Shown here: piece after piece, positions 1-7,551 of the stretch
How the letters are laid out: every line of letters begins with the position of its first letter
How positions within the stretch are numbered: position 1 is the stretch's first letter
From: Thermoanaerobaculia bacterium
Lineage (GTDB): Bacteria; Acidobacteriota; Thermoanaerobaculia; Multivoradales; JBJKRB01
Assembly (NCBI GenBank): GCA_046704885.1
Contig: JBJKRB010000082.1
Coordinates: forward strand, 9,563 to 73,562
Reading direction: 5' to 3'
DNA: 64,000 nucleotides
Notes under the pieces: model-generated
Told to the model about the DNA's origin: nothing
What the model saw: only the letters and a program-made list of their open reading frames with translations
Databases searched by the model: none
Made by a program: the position numbers and the translations under genes

Positions 1-1
1 C

Positions 2-430
2 CCCTGGCTGGGGCTCACGCTGGCCCTGGGCGGCGCCGTCGGCCAAGCCGTGGGCCTGGTGCTGAGCAAGCTCGGCATGGGCACATACAGCGCCATCGCC
101 TCGACGCAGATCCGGGTTGCCGCCGGAGTCGTCGGATACCTGTTGATCTTCACGGTGCTCCACCGTTGGACGCGCCTGCGTTCCGCGGCAAGCGACCCAA
201 AGGCACTGAAGCTCACCGCGGTGGGGGCGTTCTTCGGCCCCTTCCTGGGCGTCTCTCTCTCCCTCTATGCCGTACAGCACACACTCGCCGGCGTCGCCGC
301 CAGCATCATGGCGACAACGCCCATCCTGATCATCCCGGTGGTCGTCGTAACAGGGCGAGACCGCGTCGGCTGGGGCGGGATCGGAGGCGCCGTTCTCGCC
401 GTCGCCGGCGTCTTCATCCTCTTTTCCTGA
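2..430 (+). CDS. EamA/DMT-family transporter, C-terminal half (5' end lies outside the window)
   Basis: The ORF runs in frame from the window edge (the frame continues upstream of the GTG at 50). The protein is hydrophobic with a Gly/Ala-rich multi-TM pattern typical of EamA repeat 2; stop at 428-430. Confidence 0.65.
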   Translation, partial: PWLGLTLALGGAVGQAVGLVLSKLGMGTYSAIASTQIRVAAGVVGYLLIFTVLHRWTRLRSAASDPKALKLTAVGAFFGPFLGVSLSLYAVQHTLAGVAASIMATTPILIIPVVVVTGRDRVGWGGIGGAVLAVAGVFILFS

Positions 431-461
431 GCCGCGCCGGACACCGATCGCTTGCCCGGGA

Positions 462-490
462 TTGACATTTCCACAGAAAGGGCGTAAATA
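462..490 (+). promoter_or_regulatory. Sigma70-like promoter: -35 TTGACA (462-467), 17-nt spacer, -10 TAAATA (485-490); the ATG at 497 lies about 7 nt downstream, so the transcript is probably leaderless
   Basis: Read directly: gggaTTGACAtttccacagaaagggcgTAAATAaggcgtATG. The spacing is consensus and there is no SD sequence between -10 and ATG. Confidence 0.45.
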
Positions 491-496
491 AGGCGT

Positions 497-1450
497 ATGT
501 CCAGTCAAGCACGCCTCCCGCTCTTCCCTATTCCTCCGGTTCTAGGCCGGCCGGACCCCGACGCTGAAGCGGTGCGCGCCAATGCGGACGTGGAGTATCG
601 CGAGCTGGCCATCCGCGGCCTGCTCAATCGCTGCACCAGCCCCCGCCTACCCTTCTCCTGGACCATCAATCCGTATCGCGGCTGCGAGTTCGCCTGCACC
701 TACTGCTATGCGCGCTACACCCACGGCTACTTCGATCTCCACCGCTGGGAGGACTTCGAACAAAAGATCTTTGTCAAGCAAGATGCCTCCGAAGCTCTCG
801 AGCGTCAGCTGCGGCGCGCCGCATTCCAGGGTCAGCCCATCGCGATCGGGACCGCCACGGATCCGTACCAGCCGGCGGAGCGTCACTTTCGGGTAACGCG
901 CTCGCTACTTGCCGTCTTCCAACGGGTCGAGGGGCTCGAAATCTCGATTACCACCAAGTCGCCACTGATCCTGCGAGATCTCGATCTTCTCGCCGAGCTC
1001 GACCGGCGGCATTCGATATCCATCAACATCAGCATCACCACCGTGGACGCGGCCCTGGCGCGCCGCCTCGAGCCTCGAGCCCCTACGCCCGCTGCCCGAT
1101 TGCGCACCGTCGCCAAGCTGGCGCTCCAGGGGCTCACGGTGAGCGTCTACGTGATGCCGGTCCTGCCCGAGATCAACGACGACCGAGACAAGCTTCTCCC
1201 CCTCTTCGAGCAAGCGGTCGAGGCGGGGGCCCAGGACCTCGTCGCCGCTCCTCTCTTCCTTCGCCCCGCCGCCCGTCAGCGCTTCCTCCCCTGGCTGCGG
1301 AGTGAGATCCCAAGCCTCTCCGATCGCTATCGACGGCTCTATGGCCGACGCGACTACCTCAATCAGCGCGAGCGCGATCGCCTTCTCGCGCCGTTCCGGC
1401 GACTTCGGATCGAGTTCGGATTACCGCGCCCATTCCCCGGCAGAGGCTGA
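497..1450 (+). CDS. Radical SAM protein, SplB-like DNA repair photolyase family (COG1533)
   Basis: Motif NPYRGCEFACTYCYARY (CxxxCxxC radical SAM cluster in the SplB-family context); 317 aa. Confidence 0.8.
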   Translation: MSSQARLPLFPIPPVLGRPDPDAEAVRANADVEYRELAIRGLLNRCTSPRLPFSWTINPYRGCEFACTYCYARYTHGYFDLHRWEDFEQKIFVKQDASEALERQLRRAAFQGQPIAIGTATDPYQPAERHFRVTRSLLAVFQRVEGLEISITTKSPLILRDLDLLAELDRRHSISINISITTVDAALARRLEPRAPTPAARLRTVAKLALQGLTVSVYVMPVLPEINDDRDKLLPLFEQAVEAGAQDLVAAPLFLRPAARQRFLPWLRSEIPSLSDRYRRLYGRRDYLNQRERDRLLAPFRRLRIEFGLPRPFPGRG

Positions 1451-1462
1451 GGAGCGCCGCGT

Positions 1463-2911
1463 TCAAAGATCAGCGGGAGCTAGGAGGGTTCCCGTCGCCA
1501 ACGCCACGATCAGACGGGTGAGAGCCGTGTCGGGCTCGCTCGAGTCTCCCTTGAGCGCCTGCTCGGTCTCGAGGACCAACGCTGGGAGACGGGGGAAGAC
1601 GGCGTCCGGAAGCCGACTGGCGGCCAGATAGGCACGGTGCAGACGGTACGGATGGATGCCAGCGAGAGGATTCGGGATCCCCTCCTCCGGCGGCGTGGCC
1701 AGCGTCTCGGCGAACCGGGCCTTGAAGCGCGGATAGCTCCCGACACCGGATGGAATGTTCTTCCAGCGCATCATTCCGGCGAGGGCTACAAGATGACGGG
1801 AAAACGCTGCCAACAGCGAGAAGAAAGACAAGCGCGCGGCAAGCGGGTCCGAGGCCGAGGCCAAGTATCGGCGATAGCGAGCCACGGCTTGCCCTGGATC
1901 GCCCGCTCCGATCGCATCGAGGATCTGCCACACGTCCTCTTCGCCGCGGTCTCCCACCGAGCGCTGGACGTCGTCGAGCGAGATCCGGGCCCCACCCGAG
2001 ATATCCGCCAGCTTGCGGTACTCAGCCGCGAAGCGCGAGGTGGAGTCCGCGTCCGCCAGGGCCGATCGTCCTCCTTCCTGCCGCAGGGTGCGCCGGGCCA
2101 GCTCGGCGAGCGCCTCCCTGCTGATCTTCGTCCCGGTCTCGTTTTCGAGCTCGGCCTGGAGCGCCCCGAGTCCCTGCCAAGCTCCTCCGCGCTCGGCGGT
2201 GACCGCGGCGAGCTCGATCAGCGCTCGCCGCTCACGCAGCGTCTCGACGAGAGGATGATCGAGCTCCGCGTGGCTCTCGGCAAGAATCAAGGCGTGTCCC
2301 TGCGGCAACCCGCGTTCGACGATCGAGGCGAGCTCCGCCAGGTCCGTCGCGACCCAGCCCTCGATGCCCGCCGCACGGGTGACCTCGAGCAAGCGCGCCA
2401 GCTCACCACGCAAGGACTCCCTCTCCGCCTTCTTGCGCCGCCGACGGCCACCGCTCAGGGCCCAGTCGGGAAGGATGGCGAGCGCCTCCGACGGCGAGCC
2501 CTGTGTGGGGTCGACACCGAAAAGCCGCAAGGCTTCGAGCAGCCGCCCCCCGGCCTCCGCCTGGCGCTCGCTCAAGTCGCTGCCCTCGCCGACCGGCAGC
2601 GCCGCCGCCACCTCGTCGACCAGCTCGGCAGCCGCCTGGCGATCAGCGACGACGCCGCTGTCGGTAACCAAAGTAATCTTCCCCGGTTCGAAGAGCGAAT
2701 AGGTCCTGAGGTCGGCAAGCAACGGTAGAAGCCCGGCGGGGCGATGGTGGCGAGAGATCGAGGCGCCCGATGAGGCCGCGAGAGCCTCCCCCAGACGCTC
2801 CGCCGACGGACCGGCGAGAACCTGGTCACCAACAACGAGATAGACGGACGAGGGGGCGCCTGCCGCGATCTCTTCCAGAGCACGCTCGAGCTGCTCCTCG
2901 CCAGAGCTCAA
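1463..2911 (-). CDS. holA: DNA polymerase III delta subunit (HolA), long form
   Basis: HolA-like segments VYLVVGDQ..., LFEPGKITLV and DVWQILDAIGAGDPGQAVARYRRYL (delta C-terminal helical domain). The annotated ORF extends to 3145, but that part overlaps lapB. A likely start is TTG at 2911, with GGAG 9 nt upstream. The start is uncertain. Confidence 0.65.
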   Translation of the reverse strand: MSSGEEQLERALEEIAAGAPSSVYLVVGDQVLAGPSAERLGEALAASSGASISRHHRPAGLLPLLADLRTYSLFEPGKITLVTDSGVVADRQAAAELVDEVAAALPVGEGSDLSERQAEAGGRLLEALRLFGVDPTQGSPSEALAILPDWALSGGRRRRKKAERESLRGELARLLEVTRAAGIEGWVATDLAELASIVERGLPQGHALILAESHAELDHPLVETLRERRALIELAAVTAERGGAWQGLGALQAELENETGTKISREALAELARRTLRQEGGRSALADADSTSRFAAEYRKLADISGGARISLDDVQRSVGDRGEEDVWQILDAIGAGDPGQAVARYRRYLASASDPLAARLSFFSLLAAFSRHLVALAGMMRWKNIPSGVGSYPRFKARFAETLATPPEEGIPNPLAGIHPYRLHRAYLAASRLPDAVFPRLPALVLETEQALKGDSSEPDTALTRLIVALATGTLLAPADL

Positions 2912-3009
2912 AGTCGGTTCTCCCTCGTCGACGGGTGTAGGCGAAGCGGGGACCGAGAAGCGCCCGTCGAGCAACCGGTCCCGCGCGGAGGCTGGCGACG
3001 CGAGTGACT

Positions 3010-4419
3010 CTAGAGATCGTCTCCCGCTAGAGCGACCTCTCCTTCGTCGATAACGGGCCAGACCGGAGCGGGGCGCACTCCCAATTCGGCCGAAGACATG
3101 TTCTCCTCCTCGAGGTCGAGCTCGACGGCACCCCAAGCGCCACATTGATCACAGCGATCCTGCCACTCGCTGTATCGCCGCCGGCACTGGCTGCAGATGA
3201 ACTCGGCGACGTTGATCCCGGCTTCTTCGATGCAGCGCAGGTAGGCATCGACCGCCTTGCGCATCTCTCCCCGCCGCTCGTGGATGCGACCGATCAGATA
3301 GTGGAAGGTGCGTGAGTGCTCGAGACGTTCGGCAAGCCCGGTGAAGACCTTCAGCGCCTCTTCGTGCATCTCCAATCGGTAGTAGAGACGGCCGAGGAAG
3401 AAGCGCGGGAAAAGATCGTTGTCGGCTTCGCTGATCAGAGACCGAAGGTTCTCGATCGCGGCCGGCGGATCGTTGCGATCGATGTAATGATCCTCGATCC
3501 TCTGCAGGAAGACGGGATTGCCCGTGTTTTCGTAGCCCCGGCGCCACTCCACGACCGCTTGCTCCTCGCTCCCGGCGTTGAGCTCCGCCTCGCCCAGCAT
3601 GATGGCGGCGGGAACGAAGCCGGGCTCGGCACCCAGGATCTCCCGGAAAACGGCCTTCGCCTCGTCGAAGCGGTCCGCCTCGAGGAGCTCGACACCACCC
3701 TGGTAGCGCAGCCCCCTGGCGACGCGCAGCTCTCGCTCCTCGAGCTCGTCGTCATCGCTCACCAAGGAGGCGATCCGCTCCTGCAATTTGCGCGCGTCCG
3801 ACCAGTCGCGCTGGGCCAGAGCCTGATTCCGTCTCCGCCGCAGGATTGAGAGCCCGAGCCCAGGAAAGTCGCGCAAGATGCGATCTTGAATCTCGCGGGC
3901 GACCTGGCTCTCTCCCAGCGACTCGTAGTCTTCGCTCAGCTGATAGAGAAGAGAAACACTATGCGGATAGAGCACCGAGGCTCGCCGGTGGACCTCCAGG
4001 GCCTGTTGCCGCTCTCCCTGAAGTCTCAGGACCTCGCCGTAGCGCAAGAGAGCGGCAAAATCCTCGGGACGCTCCGCAAGAAGCCCGCTGAGCTCGGCCG
4101 CGGCCCGCGACCATTGGCCGTCGCTCTCGAGATCGACGGCTCGACGGAAGCTCCCGTACATGCTCTTATTCTCGCGCTGGCGGCGCCGATTGCGCCGTGC
4201 TGCGAGATCGCGTTTCAGGGTTTGGACGACTAGCGAGAAGACCGGCGGGAGGAATCCGAGGAGAAATACGCCGAGGACAACGGACCACGCGGGCAGATCC
4301 GTGGAGTGCGTGAGCCTCACCGGTTGGTGAAGCAGAGCGACGTTCTGATGGGCTACCGAGAAAAGGAATACAAAGAGGAAGAGGGTGACCAGAATGCCGA
4401 CAAGAGTGCGGATGCGCAT
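3010..4419 (-). CDS. lapB: LapB/YciM-like TPR protein with N-terminal TM anchor and C-terminal rubredoxin-like metal-binding domain
   Basis: N-terminal hydrophobic helix, repeated TPR-like helices, and a C-terminal CSQCRRRYSEWQDRCDQCGAWG (CxxC...CxxC) as in LapB. Confidence 0.75.
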   Translation of the reverse strand: MRIRTLVGILVTLFLFVFLFSVAHQNVALLHQPVRLTHSTDLPAWSVVLGVFLLGFLPPVFSLVVQTLKRDLAARRNRRRQRENKSMYGSFRRAVDLESDGQWSRAAAELSGLLAERPEDFAALLRYGEVLRLQGERQQALEVHRRASVLYPHSVSLLYQLSEDYESLGESQVAREIQDRILRDFPGLGLSILRRRRNQALAQRDWSDARKLQERIASLVSDDDELEERELRVARGLRYQGGVELLEADRFDEAKAVFREILGAEPGFVPAAIMLGEAELNAGSEEQAVVEWRRGYENTGNPVFLQRIEDHYIDRNDPPAAIENLRSLISEADNDLFPRFFLGRLYYRLEMHEEALKVFTGLAERLEHSRTFHYLIGRIHERRGEMRKAVDAYLRCIEEAGINVAEFICSQCRRRYSEWQDRCDQCGAWGAVELDLEEENMSSAELGVRPAPVWPVIDEGEVALAGDDL

Positions 4420-4512
4420 CGCTTTCTATGGCAGGATCGAGTCAAAGTTCATGTTCGTGCCCTCGCCCTGTGCTCTTCCACCTCTCGGCACGGGGTGCTC
4501 TCTTCCGAGCTC

Positions 4513-5265
4513 TCACATCTCCTCGAGCAACCCCTTTTCTTGCAGCTCCTGACAATCGATACAGTATCGCGCCCATGGCACTACCTGCAAGCGGCCTTCC
4601 GCGATGTTCTGCCCGCAATGCGTGCAAAGTCCGTAGCGGCCCTCGTTGAGCCGGGTTAACGCTTCCTCGATCAGCAGGAGTTTCTGACGCTCGGCGTCGG
4701 AGAGCGAGAATGTGAGCTCCCGGTTGTACGCGTTGTTGGCACGGTCGACGATGTCCTCGGTACCCTCGTCGCCCGCCTCCTGCCCCCGCCGCAGGTCGCT
4801 GTTGTACACGCCCACGATCTCCTCGCGTTGCTCGACGAGGCGTTTGCGCAAATCCTCATGGCTCCCTCCTCGCTTCTTTCGGCTCCGCTTGGCACCGCCC
4901 TTCTTGGGGGCGACCTTCTTGGGCGTGCCCTTGCGAGCCTTCTTCGCGACCTTGCCGGCAGCCGTCTTGGTGCTCTTCGCACTCTTCTTCGCAGCCTGGC
5001 GAGGAGCCGCCTTCGTGCTCTTTCCGCCCTTCGAGGGCTTCGCGACTTTCTTGGCCTTCCTGGCCTTGGTGGCCTTGGTGACTCTCGTGGCTTTGACGAC
5101 CTTCGTGGCCTTCGTCGCCTTCGTCGCCTTGGTGGCTTTCGTGGTCTTCTTCGGCTTGGCCGCCGCCGCGCGCCCGCGCGTCGAGCTCTTCTTGGCCTTC
5201 GCCGTAGTCTTCGACGATTTGGGCGTCACCGAGCGTCCCTTTGATTTCGTCCCTTTGTTTGCCAT
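4513..5265 (-). CDS. DksA/TraR-family C4 zinc-finger protein with a ~130-aa Lys/Ala/Thr-rich histone-H1-like N-terminal tail
   Basis: C-terminal CTHCGQNIAEGRLQVVPWARYCIDCQ (DksA/TraR C4 finger) preceded by a coiled-coil region; the N-terminus has KATKATKATKATK and KKxxK repeats. Confidence 0.8.
   Translation of the reverse strand: MANKGTKSKGRSVTPKSSKTTAKAKKSSTRGRAAAAKPKKTTKATKATKATKATKVVKATRVTKATKARKAKKVAKPSKGGKSTKAAPRQAAKKSAKSTKTAAGKVAKKARKGTPKKVAPKKGGAKRSRKKRGGSHEDLRKRLVEQREEIVGVYNSDLRRGQEAGDEGTEDIVDRANNAYNRELTFSLSDAERQKLLLIEEALTRLNEGRYGLCTHCGQNIAEGRLQVVPWARYCIDCQELQEKGLLEEM
5040..5165. repeat. Imperfect tandem 9-18 bp repeats (ggccttggtggccttcgt...) encoding the KATKAT lysine-rich tract of the DksA-like gene
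   Basis: Visible direct repeats gtggccttggtg / gtggccttcgtcgccttcgtcgcc in the sequence. Confidence 0.6.
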
Positions 5266-5331
5266 TGCATCAACTCCTTTCTCCGCACCGCTTCCACTCG
5301 GCCCTCTCGCTGGAGAGCCCTCTTGAGCCGG

Positions 5332-5808
5332 CTACAACGGCCCCCGATGGTACTTTATTCCTGCCCCGATCGACAATGCCCGATAGAGCTGTTCGTAGAG
5401 AACCAGGCGGGCGAGCTCGTGCGCCAGGGTCATGGGCCCCAGGGACAATCGCTCGTCCGCCGCACGTACTAGATCAGGGTCGAGACCGAGATCGGAGCCG
5501 ATGAGAAAAGCAACGGTGTGAGGCCAGCGCTCGGCCAGCTCGCGCCACCATCGAGCCAGATCGCGCGAGTTGCGGGCCTTGCCCCGGCCATCGAGGGCAA
5601 CGACCCAGCGGCGATCGGGGAGCGCGCAGAGGAGAGCCGCAGCCTCCGCTTTGCGCCGATCCACCTCGCTCCCCCGCTCGGCGGCCCGCACCGGAACGTC
5701 GCGGATGGGAACAAAGCGCTCAATGCGCTCCCGATATCGAGTGCAGAGCGTCTCCCAGGAGTCCCGACGGTGACGGCCCGCCCACGCGATCTCGATCTCG
5801 CGCCCCAT
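5332..5808 (-). CDS. rlmH: 23S rRNA (pseudouridine1915-N3)-methyltransferase RlmH
   Basis: 157 aa. SPOUT-family RlmH pattern, C-terminus ...LAHELARLVLYEQLYRALSI..GxxYHR. Confidence 0.85.
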   Translation of the reverse strand: MGREIEIAWAGRHRRDSWETLCTRYRERIERFVPIRDVPVRAAERGSEVDRRKAEAAALLCALPDRRWVVALDGRGKARNSRDLARWWRELAERWPHTVAFLIGSDLGLDPDLVRAADERLSLGPMTLAHELARLVLYEQLYRALSIGAGIKYHRGPL

Positions 5809-5828
5809 CGCCCGCCCAGGCCGGCCGA

Positions 5829-6392
5829 CTATTTCTCCTTCTCCTCATTCTCCTGGCGGGTCTCCGCGCTCTCCCCGTTGAGGTAGGTCCGCCATTCGTC
5901 GAGGAAAGCAAGGGACTTGAGGTCGCCCATTCGATCCAGGAAGACGACTCCGTTGAGGTGATCGAACTCGTGCTGAATGACGCGCGCCGCGAACCCCTGG
6001 GCGCAATAATCCAGAGCTTCGCCATGCCGGTCGAGGCCACGTACCCGGACCGCTGGGTGACGCGGGACCAATCCCCGGAGACCGGGAATCGAGAGGCAAC
6101 CCTCCCATTCCTCTTCGAGGTCGCCCGGCTCGGGCTCGATCATGGGATTGATGACCACGTGAATCTCTGCTGCGCCCCCCTCTTCGTCTGCCGACTCGAG
6201 GTAGATGAAAACCTGCAACCCGATACCGAGCTGAGGCGCCGCGAGGCCGACGCCGTCCGCTTCATGCATGGCTTCCACCATCTCGGAGATCAGGCGCTCG
6301 AGCTCGGCGCTGCCGATCTGCTCATGCGGTACCTCGACCGCCGGTGAACGTAGGGCGGGATGGCCAAGGCGAACGATGGGTCGATGGGTCAT
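5829..6392 (-). CDS. def: Peptide deformylase
   Basis: Motifs GVGLAAPQLG, EGCLSIPG and QHEFDHLNG (the three Def signature motifs). The start is set at the internal ATG (MTHRPIV); the upstream in-frame extension is non-coding-like. Confidence 0.9.
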   Translation of the reverse strand: MTHRPIVRLGHPALRSPAVEVPHEQIGSAELERLISEMVEAMHEADGVGLAAPQLGIGLQVFIYLESADEEGGAAEIHVVINPMIEPEPGDLEEEWEGCLSIPGLRGLVPRHPAVRVRGLDRHGEALDYCAQGFAARVIQHEFDHLNGVVFLDRMGDLKSLAFLDEWRTYLNGESAETRQENEEKEK

Positions 6393-6464
6393 CGGACTTC
6401 CTTCATTGCAAGCGAAGGCCATTCTACACGTCGCGCCGAGGTCGAATGCTATGCTGACCAGCCT

Positions 6465-7460
6465 ATGGCAGCCTTGACGCCCAGCGAGGAACAGCGCAGA
6501 CGGCGCAGGAAGCGTCTCCTTCAGGGCTTGGCCCTGGGTAGCGCCGCGGTGGGCCTTCCCGCTCTTGCCAACGCGCTGGTGGCAAGGCGGGCGCGTGGCC
6601 TCGAGGCTCCCATTTGGGGCCGTGGTCACACCTATTCCTGGCGCCTTGGCGAGATCGCTTTTCGTCGCCTGGGGAAGGGGGAACCGGTGCTTCTCCTCCA
6701 CTCCTTCGGTCCGGGTCACGACATGGAAGAGTGGCGCGCGGCTGCCGAGCGCTTGGCGACGAGCCATCAAGTGATCGCCGTGGACCTCCTGGGTTGGGGA
6801 CGCTCAGCAAAGCCGGCGCTCGCCTATGACGACGAGCTTTATATCCAGCTCATCGTCGATCTCCTCTCCGAGATCGTCCGCGAGCGCGCCACCCTCGTCG
6901 CCGCCGGCCTTACCGGCGCCTACGCGGTGCAAGCGGCCGCCGACCACCCCGAGCTGGTGCGCCGGGTCGCCCTCTCGGTGCCCTCGGGGATCGAGATCCA
7001 CTCTGATGAGCCCGACCTCAAAGACGCCGTGGTCCATCGCCTGCTCCGCCTTCCCATTCTGGGCAGGTCCGCGCTCAATCTCTACACCAGCCGGGCGGCC
7101 ATCGAGCGCTACCTCCAGAACGAGGTCTACGCCAACCCCGAGCACGTGGACGCGGCGGCCATCGAGCATGCCTACCGCAGCTCCCATCAACCAGGAGCGG
7201 GCGCAGCGCTCGCCGCCTACCTGGCCGGCTACCTGAACCACCCGGTTCGCGAGTCCCTGGGCCGCCTGCAGCTTCCGCTCTGGTTGGGCTGGGGCCGCCA
7301 GGCCGTCGCACCTGCCGTCGAATGCGCCGATCTCTGGTTGCAGATCGCGCCGCAGGCCGAGCTCGAGATCTTCAACAACGCGGGGATTCTTCCTCACGCC
7401 GAGCGCCCGGCGCGTTTTGTCCAGCGCCTGATCCCCTTCCTCGAGCGACACGCAGCCTGA
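6465..7460 (+). CDS. Alpha/beta-fold hydrolase (exported; Arg-rich Tat-like N-terminus)
   Basis: The N-terminus has an RRRRRKRLL stretch followed by a hydrophobic h-region; alpha/beta-hydrolase-like segments LLLHSFGPGH and VIAVDLLGWGRS. The start was chosen at the internal ATG 6465. Confidence 0.7.
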   Translation: MAALTPSEEQRRRRRKRLLQGLALGSAAVGLPALANALVARRARGLEAPIWGRGHTYSWRLGEIAFRRLGKGEPVLLLHSFGPGHDMEEWRAAAERLATSHQVIAVDLLGWGRSAKPALAYDDELYIQLIVDLLSEIVRERATLVAAGLTGAYAVQAAADHPELVRRVALSVPSGIEIHSDEPDLKDAVVHRLLRLPILGRSALNLYTSRAAIERYLQNEVYANPEHVDAAAIEHAYRSSHQPGAGAALAAYLAGYLNHPVRESLGRLQLPLWLGWGRQAVAPAVECADLWLQIAPQAELEIFNNAGILPHAERPARFVQRLIPFLERHAA

Positions 7461-7551
7461 GCCGTCAGCGCAGGTGGCCGGACGCGGCACTTCGGGAGGT
7501 GGGGCGGCGGACGATAGAATAGCCGACCGCGCTCGAAAGGCCGCAACCGTC

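Noticed and set aside
4712-5326. 204-aa hydrophobic ORF on plus strand opposite the DksA-like gene
   Set aside because: It is the complement of the K/A/T codon repeats (reads as F/L/A/V). The DksA zinc-finger frame is clearly the real one.
5829-6770. 313-aa version of def with 126-aa N-terminal extension; likewise extended ORFs for ileS (7474), pmm (10610), coxIII (15590), hydrolase (6360), HD (50458), moeZ (42022)
   Set aside because: The conserved domains begin at internal ATGs with RBS-like sequences. The extensions are Arg-rich, non-conserved-looking, and overlap neighbouring genes.
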